Source: an uncultured Dehalococcoidia bacterium (lineage in GTDB: Bacteria > Chloroflexota > Dehalococcoidia > Lucifugimonadales > UBA1123). Taken from it: DNA of 64,000 nt. Under the pieces are notes generated by a model. That model had not been told where the DNA came from, ran no database searches, and was given only the letters and a program-made list of their open reading frames with translations. Position numbers and translations under genes: made by a program. Of this stretch, positions 17,559 through 26,549 are shown in pieces (within the stretch, counting starts at the first letter, position 1; each line of letters opens with the position of its first letter). Location: contig CAZIDM010000001.1 of assembly GCA_964537915.1 (NCBI GenBank), positions 203,433-267,432 on the forward strand, read 5' to 3'.

Positions 17559-18965
17559 TTAGCAGATCGGCTTCTCGAGCACCTCGGGAGCAATCGAACG
17601 AGATAGCAGGCGTCCAACGTCCGGGCTACCCTTCAGTTCGCCATTCTCGATCATCACATTGCCCCGGAGGAGCACTGTCTCCGGCCATCCGCGGACATGC
17701 CAGCCTTCCCAGATGGAGTAGTCTTCAAGGTGAAGGTCATCCAGTGTAAGTGGCCTGTCCCACGTCGTGTCCATGATGCAGATGTCTGCGTCTGACCCCG
17801 GTGCGATTATGCCCTTCTTGGGGTACATGCCGAATATCTTGGCGGCGTTCGTCGAAGTGATGTCTACGAACCGCTCCAGGCTCATACCAAGCTCGACGAC
17901 GCCTACCGAGTAGGCGATTCCCATTCGAGTCTCAATGCCATTGTGACCGCCGGTAACGTCGGCCACGGTCTTGAAGCGGGTCTTCTCCTCCCAGGTGGTC
18001 GACACGAGGTCCGTCGCTACTGTCGAGAGCCTGCCGTCGAGCAGCCCCTGCCACAATGAGCTTCTGTCATCCTCCTGTTTAAGCGAGGGGTAAGTGTGGT
18101 ACTTCATGCCATAGTCTTCGCGGTAGTTCTCGGCGTTGAAGCAGGCGTAGTTGTGCAGGGTTTCACCATAAATCGGCAACCCCAGCATCCTGGCTTGCCC
18201 CACAGCCTCGACCCCTTCTTGCGCGCTCACATGGACGAAGTAAACAGGACACTTCTTTTTGGTTGCGAGCCGGAGCACTCGTCGGAACGACACGTCCTCG
18301 GACAGGTTAGAGTGGATGTGGTGCATATGCCACCAGTCCCACAGGCCGTCCTCTTTGGCGTTGTCGTAGTTATAGTGGACCATGTCGTCGTCCTCTGAGT
18401 GGACGAGCAGGATGCCCTCTCCCTCGGTGATCCGATCCATGATGATGGCGAGTCTGCCAAAGTCCGTCTTGTTGTTCTGCATCTGCGGGCTGGGCGGACG
18501 AATGGACGTCGTGAATATCTTGAAGCTCGGGAACCCTTCTTCGATCAGTTCGGGAATCTGGTTGATGTGAGCCCTGGATGCCCCATTTGTGAAGATGGGG
18601 TGATAGGAGTAGTCAGTGTAGGCGTTGCCTTCCCACCGCTCCGCAGCTTCCCCAAGCGCATGACGGAGGTCGTGACCTGGGACCTGCGTGGCGAAGTCCA
18701 GGACTGTAGTCGTCCCTCCCCACACCGCTGCCTTGGAGACGGGTTCGGCACCGGACCTCTCCGGCTGACGCGGTCCGCCGATGTGAGCGTGGGGCTCGAT
18801 TCCGCCTGGCACGACCAGCTTGCCAGTGGCGTCGATGACCGGTTCGTCGCCGGCCGGGATTGCACCAGGCTCAGTGACGGCCTGAATGGTCTCACCGGAG
18901 ATCCAGATGTCGAACTCACCAACCCCGGACGGTGTGACTACGGTTCCTCCCTTGATGAGCGTCAT
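17559..18965 (-). CDS. Dihydropyrimidinase/D-hydantoinase-family cyclic amidohydrolase
   Basis: 'GGIEPHAHIGG' HxH motif, 'PSFKIF' (carboxylated-Lys region), 'VYFVHVS', 'GSDADI'. AAGGAGGA SD. Confidence 0.8.
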   Translation of the reverse strand: MTLIKGGTVVTPSGVGEFDIWISGETIQAVTEPGAIPAGDEPVIDATGKLVVPGGIEPHAHIGGPRQPERSGAEPVSKAAVWGGTTTVLDFATQVPGHDLRHALGEAAERWEGNAYTDYSYHPIFTNGASRAHINQIPELIEEGFPSFKIFTTSIRPPSPQMQNNKTDFGRLAIIMDRITEGEGILLVHSEDDDMVHYNYDNAKEDGLWDWWHMHHIHSNLSEDVSFRRVLRLATKKKCPVYFVHVSAQEGVEAVGQARMLGLPIYGETLHNYACFNAENYREDYGMKYHTYPSLKQEDDRSSLWQGLLDGRLSTVATDLVSTTWEEKTRFKTVADVTGGHNGIETRMGIAYSVGVVELGMSLERFVDITSTNAAKIFGMYPKKGIIAPGSDADICIMDTTWDRPLTLDDLHLEDYSIWEGWHVRGWPETVLLRGNVMIENGELKGSPDVGRLLSRSIAPEVLEKPIC

Positions 18966-18990
18966 GGCGTTCCTCCTTAGGCTCTTGATA

Positions 18991-20055
18991 TCACGTCAGT
19001 GCCGAGACTACAGCATCGCCGACGTCCTGTGTGCTGGAGCTTCCTCCCAGGTCGGGAGTTATGGTCTCCCCCAGGGCGACAACGCTAAGTGATGCCTTCT
19101 CAACCGAATCGGCCGCGGCATCTTCTCCCAGGTGCCTTAGCATCATCGCACCTGAGAGGATTGTCGCCAGAGGGTTGGCGATCCCCTGCCCCATGATGTC
19201 TGGTGCAGAGCCGTGGACCGGCTCGAACATAGAGGGGTAACGCCTCTCAGGGTCAATGTTGCCGCTCGGAGCGAGGCCCATGCTTCCGGTGATGATCGCC
19301 CCGATGTCGGTCAGAATGTCTCCGAATAGGTTGCTGCCGACCACGACGTCGAACGACTCCGGCCGTCGGATGAAGTCCATGCAGGCAGCGTCAACAAGCA
19401 GAGAAAGCGTCTCAATGTCAGGATAGTCTTCTGCGACTCGTTCAAACGCCCTGTCCCATACCAGCATCCCGTACCCGAGGGCATTCGATTTGGTGATGGA
19501 AGTTACGTGCTTGCCCTTGTTACGCCTGCGGGCGACTTCGAAGGCGTGCCGGATGATTCGTTCGCACCCCTTCCGGGTAAAGACAGCCGACTGTATCCCA
19601 ACCTCCTCAGGAAAGTCCGGGTACAGAAAGCCGCCGACGTCGGCGTACTCGCCTTCTGTGGTCTCTCGTACGACTACCATGTCGATGTCGCCTGGCCCGT
19701 ATCCCTTGACGGGGGATTCTATACCCTCGTACAGAACGCTTGGACGTTCGCACACATACTGGTCGAACGTCCGACGAATTGGAAGCAGCAGTCCTCCGAG
19801 CGTGATATGGTCCTGGAAGTCGGGATGTCCAACTGCTCCCAGGAATATCACGTCCGACTCGGTGAGCGTGTCCAGCGCGTCGGTAGGCATGACCACGCCG
19901 TGCTCCCTGTAGAACTCGCTTCCCCAAGGGTACTCGTTCCAGGTCCAGCTGATCCCGTACTCCTGGCCGACGGCATCCAGTACCTTGATACCCTCTTCGA
20001 TAACCTCGATTCCAATGCCGTCGCCTCTAATGACGGCCACGTTGTAGTGAGACAA
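18991..20055 (-). CDS. Isocitrate/isopropylmalate dehydrogenase-family enzyme (tartrate dehydrogenase/decarboxylase-like)
   Basis: 'VIRGDGIGIEV', 'GSNLFGDILTD', 'FEPVHGSAPDI'. I set the start at TTG 20055 (GAGGAG SD 9 nt upstream), which gives the canonical 'MSHYNVAVIRGDGIG'. The ORF track extends to 20163. Confidence 0.8.
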   Translation of the reverse strand: MSHYNVAVIRGDGIGIEVIEEGIKVLDAVGQEYGISWTWNEYPWGSEFYREHGVVMPTDALDTLTESDVIFLGAVGHPDFQDHITLGGLLLPIRRTFDQYVCERPSVLYEGIESPVKGYGPGDIDMVVVRETTEGEYADVGGFLYPDFPEEVGIQSAVFTRKGCERIIRHAFEVARRRNKGKHVTSITKSNALGYGMLVWDRAFERVAEDYPDIETLSLLVDAACMDFIRRPESFDVVVGSNLFGDILTDIGAIITGSMGLAPSGNIDPERRYPSMFEPVHGSAPDIMGQGIANPLATILSGAMMLRHLGEDAAADSVEKASLSVVALGETITPDLGGSSSTQDVGDAVVSALT

Positions 20056-20127
20056 CTGATTCCGCTCCTCTAAATGCAATGCGGGGGTATTGTAAGCCGC
20101 AAGCCCCGAGATTGCACCCCAGCCGTG

Positions 20128-20136
20128 TGTTAGAAT
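20128..20136 (+). promoter_or_regulatory. Extended -10 element TGTTAGAAT upstream of thiE
   Basis: TGnTAGAAT lies 46 nt upstream of the thiE TTG start, in the spacer freed by the shortened upstream gene. Confidence 0.35.
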
Positions 20137-20181
20137 CCCGCCGACGCTAACAGGAGAACTCAAGCGCCAAGGAAGCCTAGA

Positions 20182-21165
20182 TTGAAACTTCTCGCCCAGG
20201 CCCAGATTGAAACTCTGATACAGGGAACGGTGCTCCTGGAAGCACAGCCTGACATCGATGCAAGTACCCGCACCGGTCTGCTGGCCCTGCGCGAGTCTAT
20301 GGCCGGCAATGGCATTAGTGAATTCGCCCAGGTAGACACTGGATCATCGGCTGCAACGTCACCGTCAACCGCACTTGAAGTGGTCCAGTCTATGAGAGCC
20401 GCCATCGACTCACTGGAATCGTTGTCGGCCAGTAGCGGCTTGACCCTGGATTGGGTTTCTACGTCGGCAGCAAGGGAATCCGTAGAAAGCGCCTACAAGT
20501 CACTCGCAGCCAGTGTGCGAAGGCAGCTGACCGAGTCGTTAACGGGCATTTACTTAATTGTCGATCCGGAGGCGACAAAGGGAAGGCCGGTGACCGAAGT
20601 CGCGTACCAGTCCCTGATAGGCGGCGCGAAGGTCGTCCAGTTACGCGACAAGCTGAACGACAAGGGCCCGATGTTGGAAACGGCACGCGAGCTGAAGTCA
20701 ATCTGCGCCGAACACGGCGCCCTGTTCGTGATGAACGACCATGCTGACCTTGCGCGGGCATCCAACGCCGACATCCTGCATGTGGGCCAAACCGACCTGC
20801 CAGTCTCAGAGGCCCGGCGGATTCTGCGCCCAGACCAACTGATTGGAAACTCAAACGGAAGCATGGAGGAAGCGAGTCGTTCCCAGGATGATGGTGTCGA
20901 TTACATCGCGGTTGGCGCCATTTACGCGACCACGACGATGGGTAAGTCAGGGCGTCGTGCGCTTGGTCCGGAGATGATCGAACGCGCGAAAGCGTCAGTG
21001 AGTCCGCCAGTCGTCGCAATTGGTGGGATCAATAGAGAGAACATAGTTGATGTAGTGAAGGCTGGAGCCGATTCAGTATGCGTGGTTAGCGCAATTACCT
21101 TTGCCGAAGATCCCAGGGCTGCCACCGAGGAACTGGTAGGCCTCTTCGAGTCGGCGAAACACTAG
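20182..21165 (+). CDS. thiE: Thiamine-phosphate synthase with ~110-aa N-terminal extension
   Basis: The core 'GIYLIVDPE...GGAKVVQLRDK...GADYIAVGAIYATTTM' is ThiE. TTG start with an AAGGAAG SD 6 nt upstream. The N-terminal 110 aa are Ala/Ser/Leu-rich and have no recognised family. Confidence 0.8.
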   Translation: MKLLAQAQIETLIQGTVLLEAQPDIDASTRTGLLALRESMAGNGISEFAQVDTGSSAATSPSTALEVVQSMRAAIDSLESLSASSGLTLDWVSTSAARESVESAYKSLAASVRRQLTESLTGIYLIVDPEATKGRPVTEVAYQSLIGGAKVVQLRDKLNDKGPMLETARELKSICAEHGALFVMNDHADLARASNADILHVGQTDLPVSEARRILRPDQLIGNSNGSMEEASRSQDDGVDYIAVGAIYATTTMGKSGRRALGPEMIERAKASVSPPVVAIGGINRENIVDVVKAGADSVCVVSAITFAEDPRAATEELVGLFESAKH

Positions 21166-21178
21166 AAGGTCAAAAGAA

Positions 21179-21859
21179 GTGTCGAACTCCATGCCAAGAA
21201 CGTCGCCAGAAGAACTCCTCGCCGCCATCAGGAGTGCGGGAGAAGCCGCAGAGCAGTTGCTCAAGAGTACCCATGAGGCCAGGGAACGCGCTTTGGCGCA
21301 TTCTCGGCAAATCACGCGATACTCCGCCAACTCTATCAGGGCGACTCATAGAGGCGACTTCAAGGAAGCGCGTAATCTTATAGATCGCGCAAGCGAACTC
21401 AGGTCACAGATCGAAGCTGAGCGCCATGACCATCCGGCAGTCTACTTTGGCGGCTACGTCGAAGACGCACTCAAGGAGTATGTGGAGGCGCATGCCACCC
21501 TTGCCTTCGCGGAAGGCTCAGAGCTTCCCACCATGGGAGACCTGGACGTCGGCCCGGCAGTCTACATGAATGGCCTGGCGGAATCGATTGGTGAGATGCG
21601 ACGTCTCGTGCTGGATCTCCTCAGGGGAGACGAATTTGCGAGGTGTGAGTCCTACCTTGAGATAATGGATGAGGTGTACTCGGTTCTGGTGACACTGGAC
21701 TACCCTGACAGCGTCACGCGTGGCCTCAGAAGGACAACCGATGTCATGAGAGGTGTCATAGAACGGACACGCGGTGACATAACCGTTGCTCTTCGCCAGA
21801 GAAGACTGGAGAACCAGCTGGAGGAACTGAACAGGAAGCTGGATTCGTCCCGGTCTTGA
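21179..21859 (+). CDS. Translin-family protein
   Basis: All-helical 226 aa. 'VYMNGLAESIGEMRRLVLDLLRGD...LRRTTDVMRGVIERTRGD' matches the translin pattern Y..GL.E..GE.RR ... LR...D....E. Alternative ATG at 21191. Confidence 0.6.
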   Translation: MSNSMPRTSPEELLAAIRSAGEAAEQLLKSTHEARERALAHSRQITRYSANSIRATHRGDFKEARNLIDRASELRSQIEAERHDHPAVYFGGYVEDALKEYVEAHATLAFAEGSELPTMGDLDVGPAVYMNGLAESIGEMRRLVLDLLRGDEFARCESYLEIMDEVYSVLVTLDYPDSVTRGLRRTTDVMRGVIERTRGDITVALRQRRLENQLEELNRKLDSSRS

Positions 21860-21913
21860 CCGTATTCCGTCTGCTATGCTAGCTTTTGGCTCGAAATGAA
21901 CGCCTAATTGAAC

Positions 21914-21946
21914 AAAGCCTCCCCTATTAATCGGGGGGGCTTTTTT
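21914..21946 (+). terminator. Rho-independent terminator after the translin-like gene
   Basis: Stem AAAGCCTCCCC / GGGGGGGCTTT with an 8-nt loop, followed by T6. Confidence 0.75.
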
Positions 21947-21959
21947 GTGGAGGCATCTA

Positions 21960-23999
21960 TTGGAGATTCTGTACGCATCGATTGTTGCAGGTGTCATTGC
22001 ACTGGCCTTCGCCGCTTATCTTGCGTGGAAGATCATGCAGTCGGATGAAGGCAGCGAGCAGGTCAGGTTTATCGGAAACGCCATACGCGAAGGTGCGATG
22101 GCGTTCCTGTCGCGGGAGTACAGACTCCTCGCGGTGTTTGTAGTGATCGTCTTCGCGATTCTCTGGGTCTTCATAGACTTGGACGTGCTAGATAAGGTAG
22201 AAGGCGACGGAGAAGTAATTCCCGGCACAGCCATCTCTTACCTGGTAGGGGCCATCGGATCCGCACTCGCTGGATTCATAGGTATGAGCATCGCGGTTCG
22301 GGCGAACACGCGGACCACCGTTCAGGCCCAGACGGGACTAAACGCCGCACTAAGGGTCGCCTTCAACTCTGGCACTGTCATGGGCGTCAGTGTGGTCGGC
22401 ATCGGCCTGATAGGCATCACCGTCGTCTACCTGATCTTCCAGGACATCAAGTTGGTGGCCGGATTCGGTTTCGGCGCCTCGTCCATCGCGCTGTTTGCCA
22501 GGGTAGGTGGAGGAATCTATACGAAGGCAGCCGACGTCGGTGCGGACCTGGTCGGCAAGGTCGAGCAAGGTCTCGATGAAGATGATCCTCGTAACCCAGC
22601 GACAGTGGCTGACAACGTTGGGGACAACGTCGGCGACGTCGCAGGTATGGGAGCAGACCTCTTCGAGAGCTACACAGGCTCCATCATTGCGACGATAGCC
22701 CTCGGCGCCGTTGGCGCCGCTGCTCTGGGAATGTCCAGCACCGGCGGCTTCGACTCCAACATCTTTGTCCTGCCCATGCTGATCGCGTCGATAGGCATCG
22801 TGGCTTCGATCATCGGCACGTTCTTTGTCCGGACAAAGGAAGGCGCGAGCATGGGCAACCTGCTCTGGTCCCTCCGGTTCGGGATTTTCGGCGCTGGAGT
22901 GCTCGTATTGATCGGCACGGCTGCCGCCCTGCTGCTCTTGGATATGGACTTCAAGCTATTCTGGGTAGTGCTCACGGGCCTGGTCGCCGGTCAGATCATA
23001 GGCACCTCGTCCGAGGTCTACACGAGCTACGAGTACAAGTTCACGAGGGAGATTGCAGATCAGGCGCAGACAGGTCCTGCGACAGTCATCATCTCAGGAA
23101 TGGGCCTGGGGATGATCAGCACGCTCGTCCCGGCCGTTGTCGTGGTGGTAGCGATGTGGCTCGCCAACGATCTTGCGGGAACGTACGGAGTCGCTCTTGC
23201 AGCCGTCGGCATGCTCTCGACCCTCGGCATCACGCTCGCCACCGACGCATACGGACCGGTGGCCGACAACGCGGGCGGTATTGCTGAACAGGCCGGGCTC
23301 GATCCTTCAGTCAGGGAGCGCACGGACGCTCTCGACTCGCTTGGCAACACAACAGCCGCCACCGGCAAGGGCTTCGCGATTGGCTCCGCAGTCCTGACGG
23401 CCCTCGCGCTTATGGCGGCTTACTCTGAAGTCACAAATGTCGATTCCTTCGACCTCCGCAACGTCGATGTCCTTATGGGCCTTCTCGTGGGCGCTCTGCT
23501 GCCCTATGTGTTTGCGGCTCTGACGATGCAGGCTGTTGGAAGAGCTGCCAATGCGATGGTCCAGGAAGTGAGACGACAGTTCCGCGAAATTGCAGGACTC
23601 CTGGAAGGCACTGCCGATGCTGACTATACGCGAGCCGTGGACATCAGCACCCGTGGCGCTATGAAAGAGATGGTCCTGCCAGGTGTGCTGGCCATCGTTG
23701 CGCCTGTCGCAATTGGACTGATACTTGGGGCAGAAGCTCTGGGCGGTATGCTGATAGGGTCGATCTCATCCGGCTTCCTGCTGGCCATCATGATGGCCAA
23801 CGCAGGAGGAGCGTGGGACAATGCGAAGAAGTTCATCGAGGCTGGCGCCCATGGCGGCAAGGGTTCAGACCCGCACGCCGCGGCTGTTGTTGGCGACACA
23901 GTCGGAGACCCGTTCAAAGACACTTCAGGGCCATCCCTCAACATTCTCATCAAGCTGATGAGCATAGTGGCTCTGGTCTTCGCGCCCCTGTTCCTGTAA
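21960..23999 (+). CDS. hppA: Membrane-integral proton/sodium-translocating pyrophosphatase (K+-dependent type)
   Basis: '[19 protein letters not shown]', '[20 protein letters not shown]', '[11 protein letters not shown]'. 'GNTTAAT' has Ala at the Ala/Lys K+-dependence position. I set the start at TTG 21960 (GGAGG SD 6 nt upstream), because the ORF-track start 21945 lies inside the terminator T-tract. Confidence 0.92.
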   Translation: MEILYASIVAGVIALAFAAYLAWKIMQSDEGSEQVRFIGNAIREGAMAFLSREYRLLAVFVVIVFAILWVFIDLDVLDKVEGDGEVIPGTAISYLVGAIGSALAGFIGMSIAVRANTRTTVQAQTGLNAALRVAFNSGTVMGVSVVGIGLIGITVVYLIFQDIKLVAGFGFGASSIALFARVGGGIYTKAADVGADLVGKVEQGLDEDDPRNPATVADNVGDNVGDVAGMGADLFESYTGSIIATIALGAVGAAALGMSSTGGFDSNIFVLPMLIASIGIVASIIGTFFVRTKEGASMGNLLWSLRFGIFGAGVLVLIGTAAALLLLDMDFKLFWVVLTGLVAGQIIGTSSEVYTSYEYKFTREIADQAQTGPATVIISGMGLGMISTLVPAVVVVVAMWLANDLAGTYGVALAAVGMLSTLGITLATDAYGPVADNAGGIAEQAGLDPSVRERTDALDSLGNTTAATGKGFAIGSAVLTALALMAAYSEVTNVDSFDLRNVDVLMGLLVGALLPYVFAALTMQAVGRAANAMVQEVRRQFREIAGLLEGTADADYTRAVDISTRGAMKEMVLPGVLAIVAPVAIGLILGAEALGGMLIGSISSGFLLAIMMANAGGAWDNAKKFIEAGAHGGKGSDPHAAAVVGDTVGDPFKDTSGPSLNILIKLMSIVALVFAPLFL

Positions 24000-24025
24000 G
24001 ACCAAGGGGGCCAGAATTAGACAGT

Positions 24026-24072
24026 GGAGCCGCCTTACCCTGCCCAATGAGGCAGTCCAGCAAGGCGGCTCC
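24026..24072 (+). terminator. Long hairpin downstream of hppA (terminator-like, no U-tract)
   Basis: 11-bp perfect stem GGAGCCGCCTT / AAGGCGGCTCC enclosing an inner CTGCC/GGCAG hairpin. Confidence 0.4.
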
Positions 24073-24156
24073 TGTCGTAATCCAGGCAGGAAGTCTAATG
24101 CGGAGTGCACGACGCAGGTCGATTACTTCGTGTAGACTTCAACTGAAGCGGCAGAT

Positions 24157-24239
24157 GCCCAGGTGGCGAAATGGCAGACGCGGCGGACTTAAAATCCGCT
24201 ACCCTGACGGGTGTGGGGGTTCGAGTCCCTTCCTGGGCA
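24157..24239 (+). tRNA. tRNA-Leu (anticodon UAA)
   Basis: 83-nt class II cloverleaf. Acceptor GCCCAGG/CCTGGGC; anticodon stem GCGGA/TCCGC with loop CTTAAAA; long variable arm; T-arm GGGGG-TTCGAGT-CCCTT; discriminator A. CCA is not encoded. Confidence 0.93.
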
Positions 24240-24244
24240 CTCCG

Positions 24245-25081
24245 TTAGCTTGCGGATGCAACTCCAAATAGCTGACGCTTCTTCGCGTGCAGGAATCGCG
24301 TCGCGACGAAAGTCAATGGCTTCCTGGCCTCGATGAAATTCTGCTTCAAGGCCGCGAAGACCTGCGAGAGTTCGAGCGCTCGTGCCGCAGGGTGCTCCTG
24401 CGCAAGCCCGTAGAAGGTGCGTCCCTCGCGCTCATACTCCTCCAGCGTCCGTCTCATTCGCCACGAACGGGGAAGCGCGGAACTGCTCATGCTCCCTGCC
24501 CTGCTTTGCGCGCCGTCCGGGAAGACCCCCGACAGGAAGAGGCAAACGTCGGCGATCCTCTTGTAGTATCCGAACTTCTGCTCAGGCTCGGCGTCGGCGG
24601 CAAACCTGATCAGGCTGTCAACGTCCATGTCGTTGTATCTGACTCGCCGCCGGACTCCCCTTCGCACGCGAACGGGTATGGTGTAGCTGTTGATCCGTGT
24701 GAAGGATGCCATCATCGAGGCCAGGTACTCGACGACCCCGGGCTGTTCCATGAACTCGATCACGTTTGGCGTGTCGAATACCGGTATCGACATTCGCCCT
24801 TCCCGTTCCTCTGTGTAGGCCGCGGTCTCCAGTGCACGATGTGAGTTGCGAAGAAGAATCTCGAAGAAGAGGGCAGGTGAAATGTACAGGAAGATCTCGT
24901 CGTCGTTCTGCACCCGCTCCAGTAGGGCTTCATCTCCCAGCATAGCGGCGCGGAACTTTACATCTTCCGTGATGAGCTTCTTGAGCTGCTCCGAGTTGGC
25001 CGAATTCGGGGCAGCGTTCTCGACGACGAAGTCGAGGTCGCGCTCGCTGAAGTTCGGCCACTGAGCGTCCTTTCTTAGCAT
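24245..25081 (-). CDS. Hypothetical protein (278 aa)
   Basis: Long ORF with no recognised family. I set the start at ATG 25081 ('MLRKDAQWPNF'), which has a GAAGGA SD 8 nt upstream. The ORF-track start 25213 lacks an SD. The stop lies 5 nt from the tRNA-Leu 3' end. Confidence 0.6.
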   Translation of the reverse strand: MLRKDAQWPNFSERDLDFVVENAAPNSANSEQLKKLITEDVKFRAAMLGDEALLERVQNDDEIFLYISPALFFEILLRNSHRALETAAYTEEREGRMSIPVFDTPNVIEFMEQPGVVEYLASMMASFTRINSYTIPVRVRRGVRRRVRYNDMDVDSLIRFAADAEPEQKFGYYKRIADVCLFLSGVFPDGAQSRAGSMSSSALPRSWRMRRTLEEYEREGRTFYGLAQEHPAARALELSQVFAALKQNFIEARKPLTFVATRFLHAKKRQLFGVASAS

Positions 25082-26489
25082 GTGGCGGGTCCTTCCCGGT
25101 CTGGGAGTTCTCAATCCAGACTCGAATGAACACGATGTTACGACCGTTAGTCTGAATTGTATCACCCTACGGTGCGGGCGCCAGTTTGGTGTATCATGGC
25201 CGTCAGCCAACACGCGGGGGACATCAATAGCCGGACTACGCTGGATACCTAGACCTCAGACGTTCGATGCCTGGAACGCACACCGCGACTACCGGTTCAT
25301 CTGGGTAGGCAACTTCTTCGCAAACACCGCTCACTGGCTACAGCTCCTGACTCTGGGGTGGCTGGTCCGCGACCTCACCGAGGGTACGTCGGGCTCAGCG
25401 CTTCTGGTTGTGGGGATTGGCGGGATAAGCACCCTGCCCGGAGTGATCATCGGCCCACTGGGAGGCGTGCTCGGCGACCGGGTCGACCGACGCAAGCTAA
25501 TCATGATGTTGCAGGCAGTCATGGCCGTCATCGCATTCGGCTTTGCCTGGGTTATCGCATTCGATCTAGTCGAAGTGTGGCATGTGTTCGCCTACGCCAT
25601 AATAAGTGGCGCGTTCCTCTCGATCACCCAGCCGATGCGTCAGGCCCTGATTGCCAACACCGTGCCGCGCCACATGCTCGGCAACGCTTACGCCACCAAC
25701 GTGCTGACGATTCCCGGCACCAGGGCGATAGGGCCGTTCGTGGGGGGGATTCTCGTCAGCTCATTTGGATTATTCTGGAATTTCACAATTGAGTCGCTGC
25801 TGTATGTGGGAATGATACTGGCCTACTGGCCAATGCGCACACCTTATACACAGTCGCGACGTTCTCCAGCCGGTTCCGGCACGATGGGATTCATTCAAGA
25901 TCTTGGGGAAGGTTTCAGGTATATCTGGTCAGGGAATCGCGTGCTATTTCTGCTGATCACCCTGACTGTAGTGCCAAATGTCGTTCTCCAGCCCGTCATG
26001 TTCATGCTCCCACTGTTTACGACAGAGATTCTCGGGAGGGGCGCAGACGTAGGCGGATACATGCTTGCGATAAACGGGTTTGGTGGATTCCTGATGGCGC
26101 TGACGATCGCGTCCTTCGGGTTCTTCATCAAGCGCGGAATGCTATGCCTGATTACGGCAGCAGCCAGCTCGGTTCTGGCCCTTATTCTCATTCAGGCTTC
26201 GTGGTTGCCGGTGGCGCTGTTTGTGATTGCGCTATTCGCGGCGAGCCAGACAGCCTTCAGGACCACGAACGGTACACTTACGCAGACACTGGCGCCTGAT
26301 GAGCTTAGGGGACGCATAACAAGCCTGCAGAGACTTGGTCAGGGGTTCGTCGTTGGGTCCAGCCTGCTCGTAGGCTGGTTTGCGGGCGTGACGTCGGTCA
26401 GATTTGCTCTCGCGGCAATGGGGATCGTAGGACTGGCCGCAGCGGCAGCATACATGATCCTCGCCGAACGGCTAAGAATGCAGGAATAG
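25080..26489 (+). CDS. MFS transporter (same subfamily as the genes at 2-421 and 54596); 5' end problematic
   Basis: About 12 TM helices. 'GVLGDRVDRRKLIM' loop motif; C-terminal 'LRGRITSLQRLGQGF'. There is no canonical in-frame start between ATG 25080 and the first TM helix (see finding). Confidence 0.8.
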   Translation: MWRVLPGLGVLNPDSNEHDVTTVSLNCITLRCGRQFGVSWPSANTRGTSIAGLRWIPRPQTFDAWNAHRDYRFIWVGNFFANTAHWLQLLTLGWLVRDLTEGTSGSALLVVGIGGISTLPGVIIGPLGGVLGDRVDRRKLIMMLQAVMAVIAFGFAWVIAFDLVEVWHVFAYAIISGAFLSITQPMRQALIANTVPRHMLGNAYATNVLTIPGTRAIGPFVGGILVSSFGLFWNFTIESLLYVGMILAYWPMRTPYTQSRRSPAGSGTMGFIQDLGEGFRYIWSGNRVLFLLITLTVVPNVVLQPVMFMLPLFTTEILGRGADVGGYMLAINGFGGFLMALTIASFGFFIKRGMLCLITAAASSVLALILIQASWLPVALFVIALFAASQTAFRTTNGTLTQTLAPDELRGRITSLQRLGQGFVVGSSLLVGWFAGVTSVRFALAAMGIVGLAAAAAYMILAERLRMQE

Positions 26490-26549
26490 CACGATACGCC
26501 GCCGAGGCGGTTGGGACCAGTGCTGGTGGCGAGCCGCCTTTTCGCTATA

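Noticed and set aside
20056-20181. Possible TPP riboswitch upstream of thiE ('CGGGGGU...CCGAGA...ACCCC' is superficially THI-box-like).
   Set aside because: It lacks the conserved CUGAGA and the ACCUGAUCUGGAUAAUGCCAGCG pyrophosphate-sensor helix. I could not draw P3 or P4/P5 stems. The region is better explained by an extended -10 promoter plus an SD. An Infernal scan would settle it.
24157-24400. tRNA-Leu as an integration hotspot or genomic-island border.
   Set aside because: I saw no integrase, no mobile genes, and no direct repeat of the tRNA 3' end in the flanks. The neighbours are hppA and ordinary chromosomal genes.
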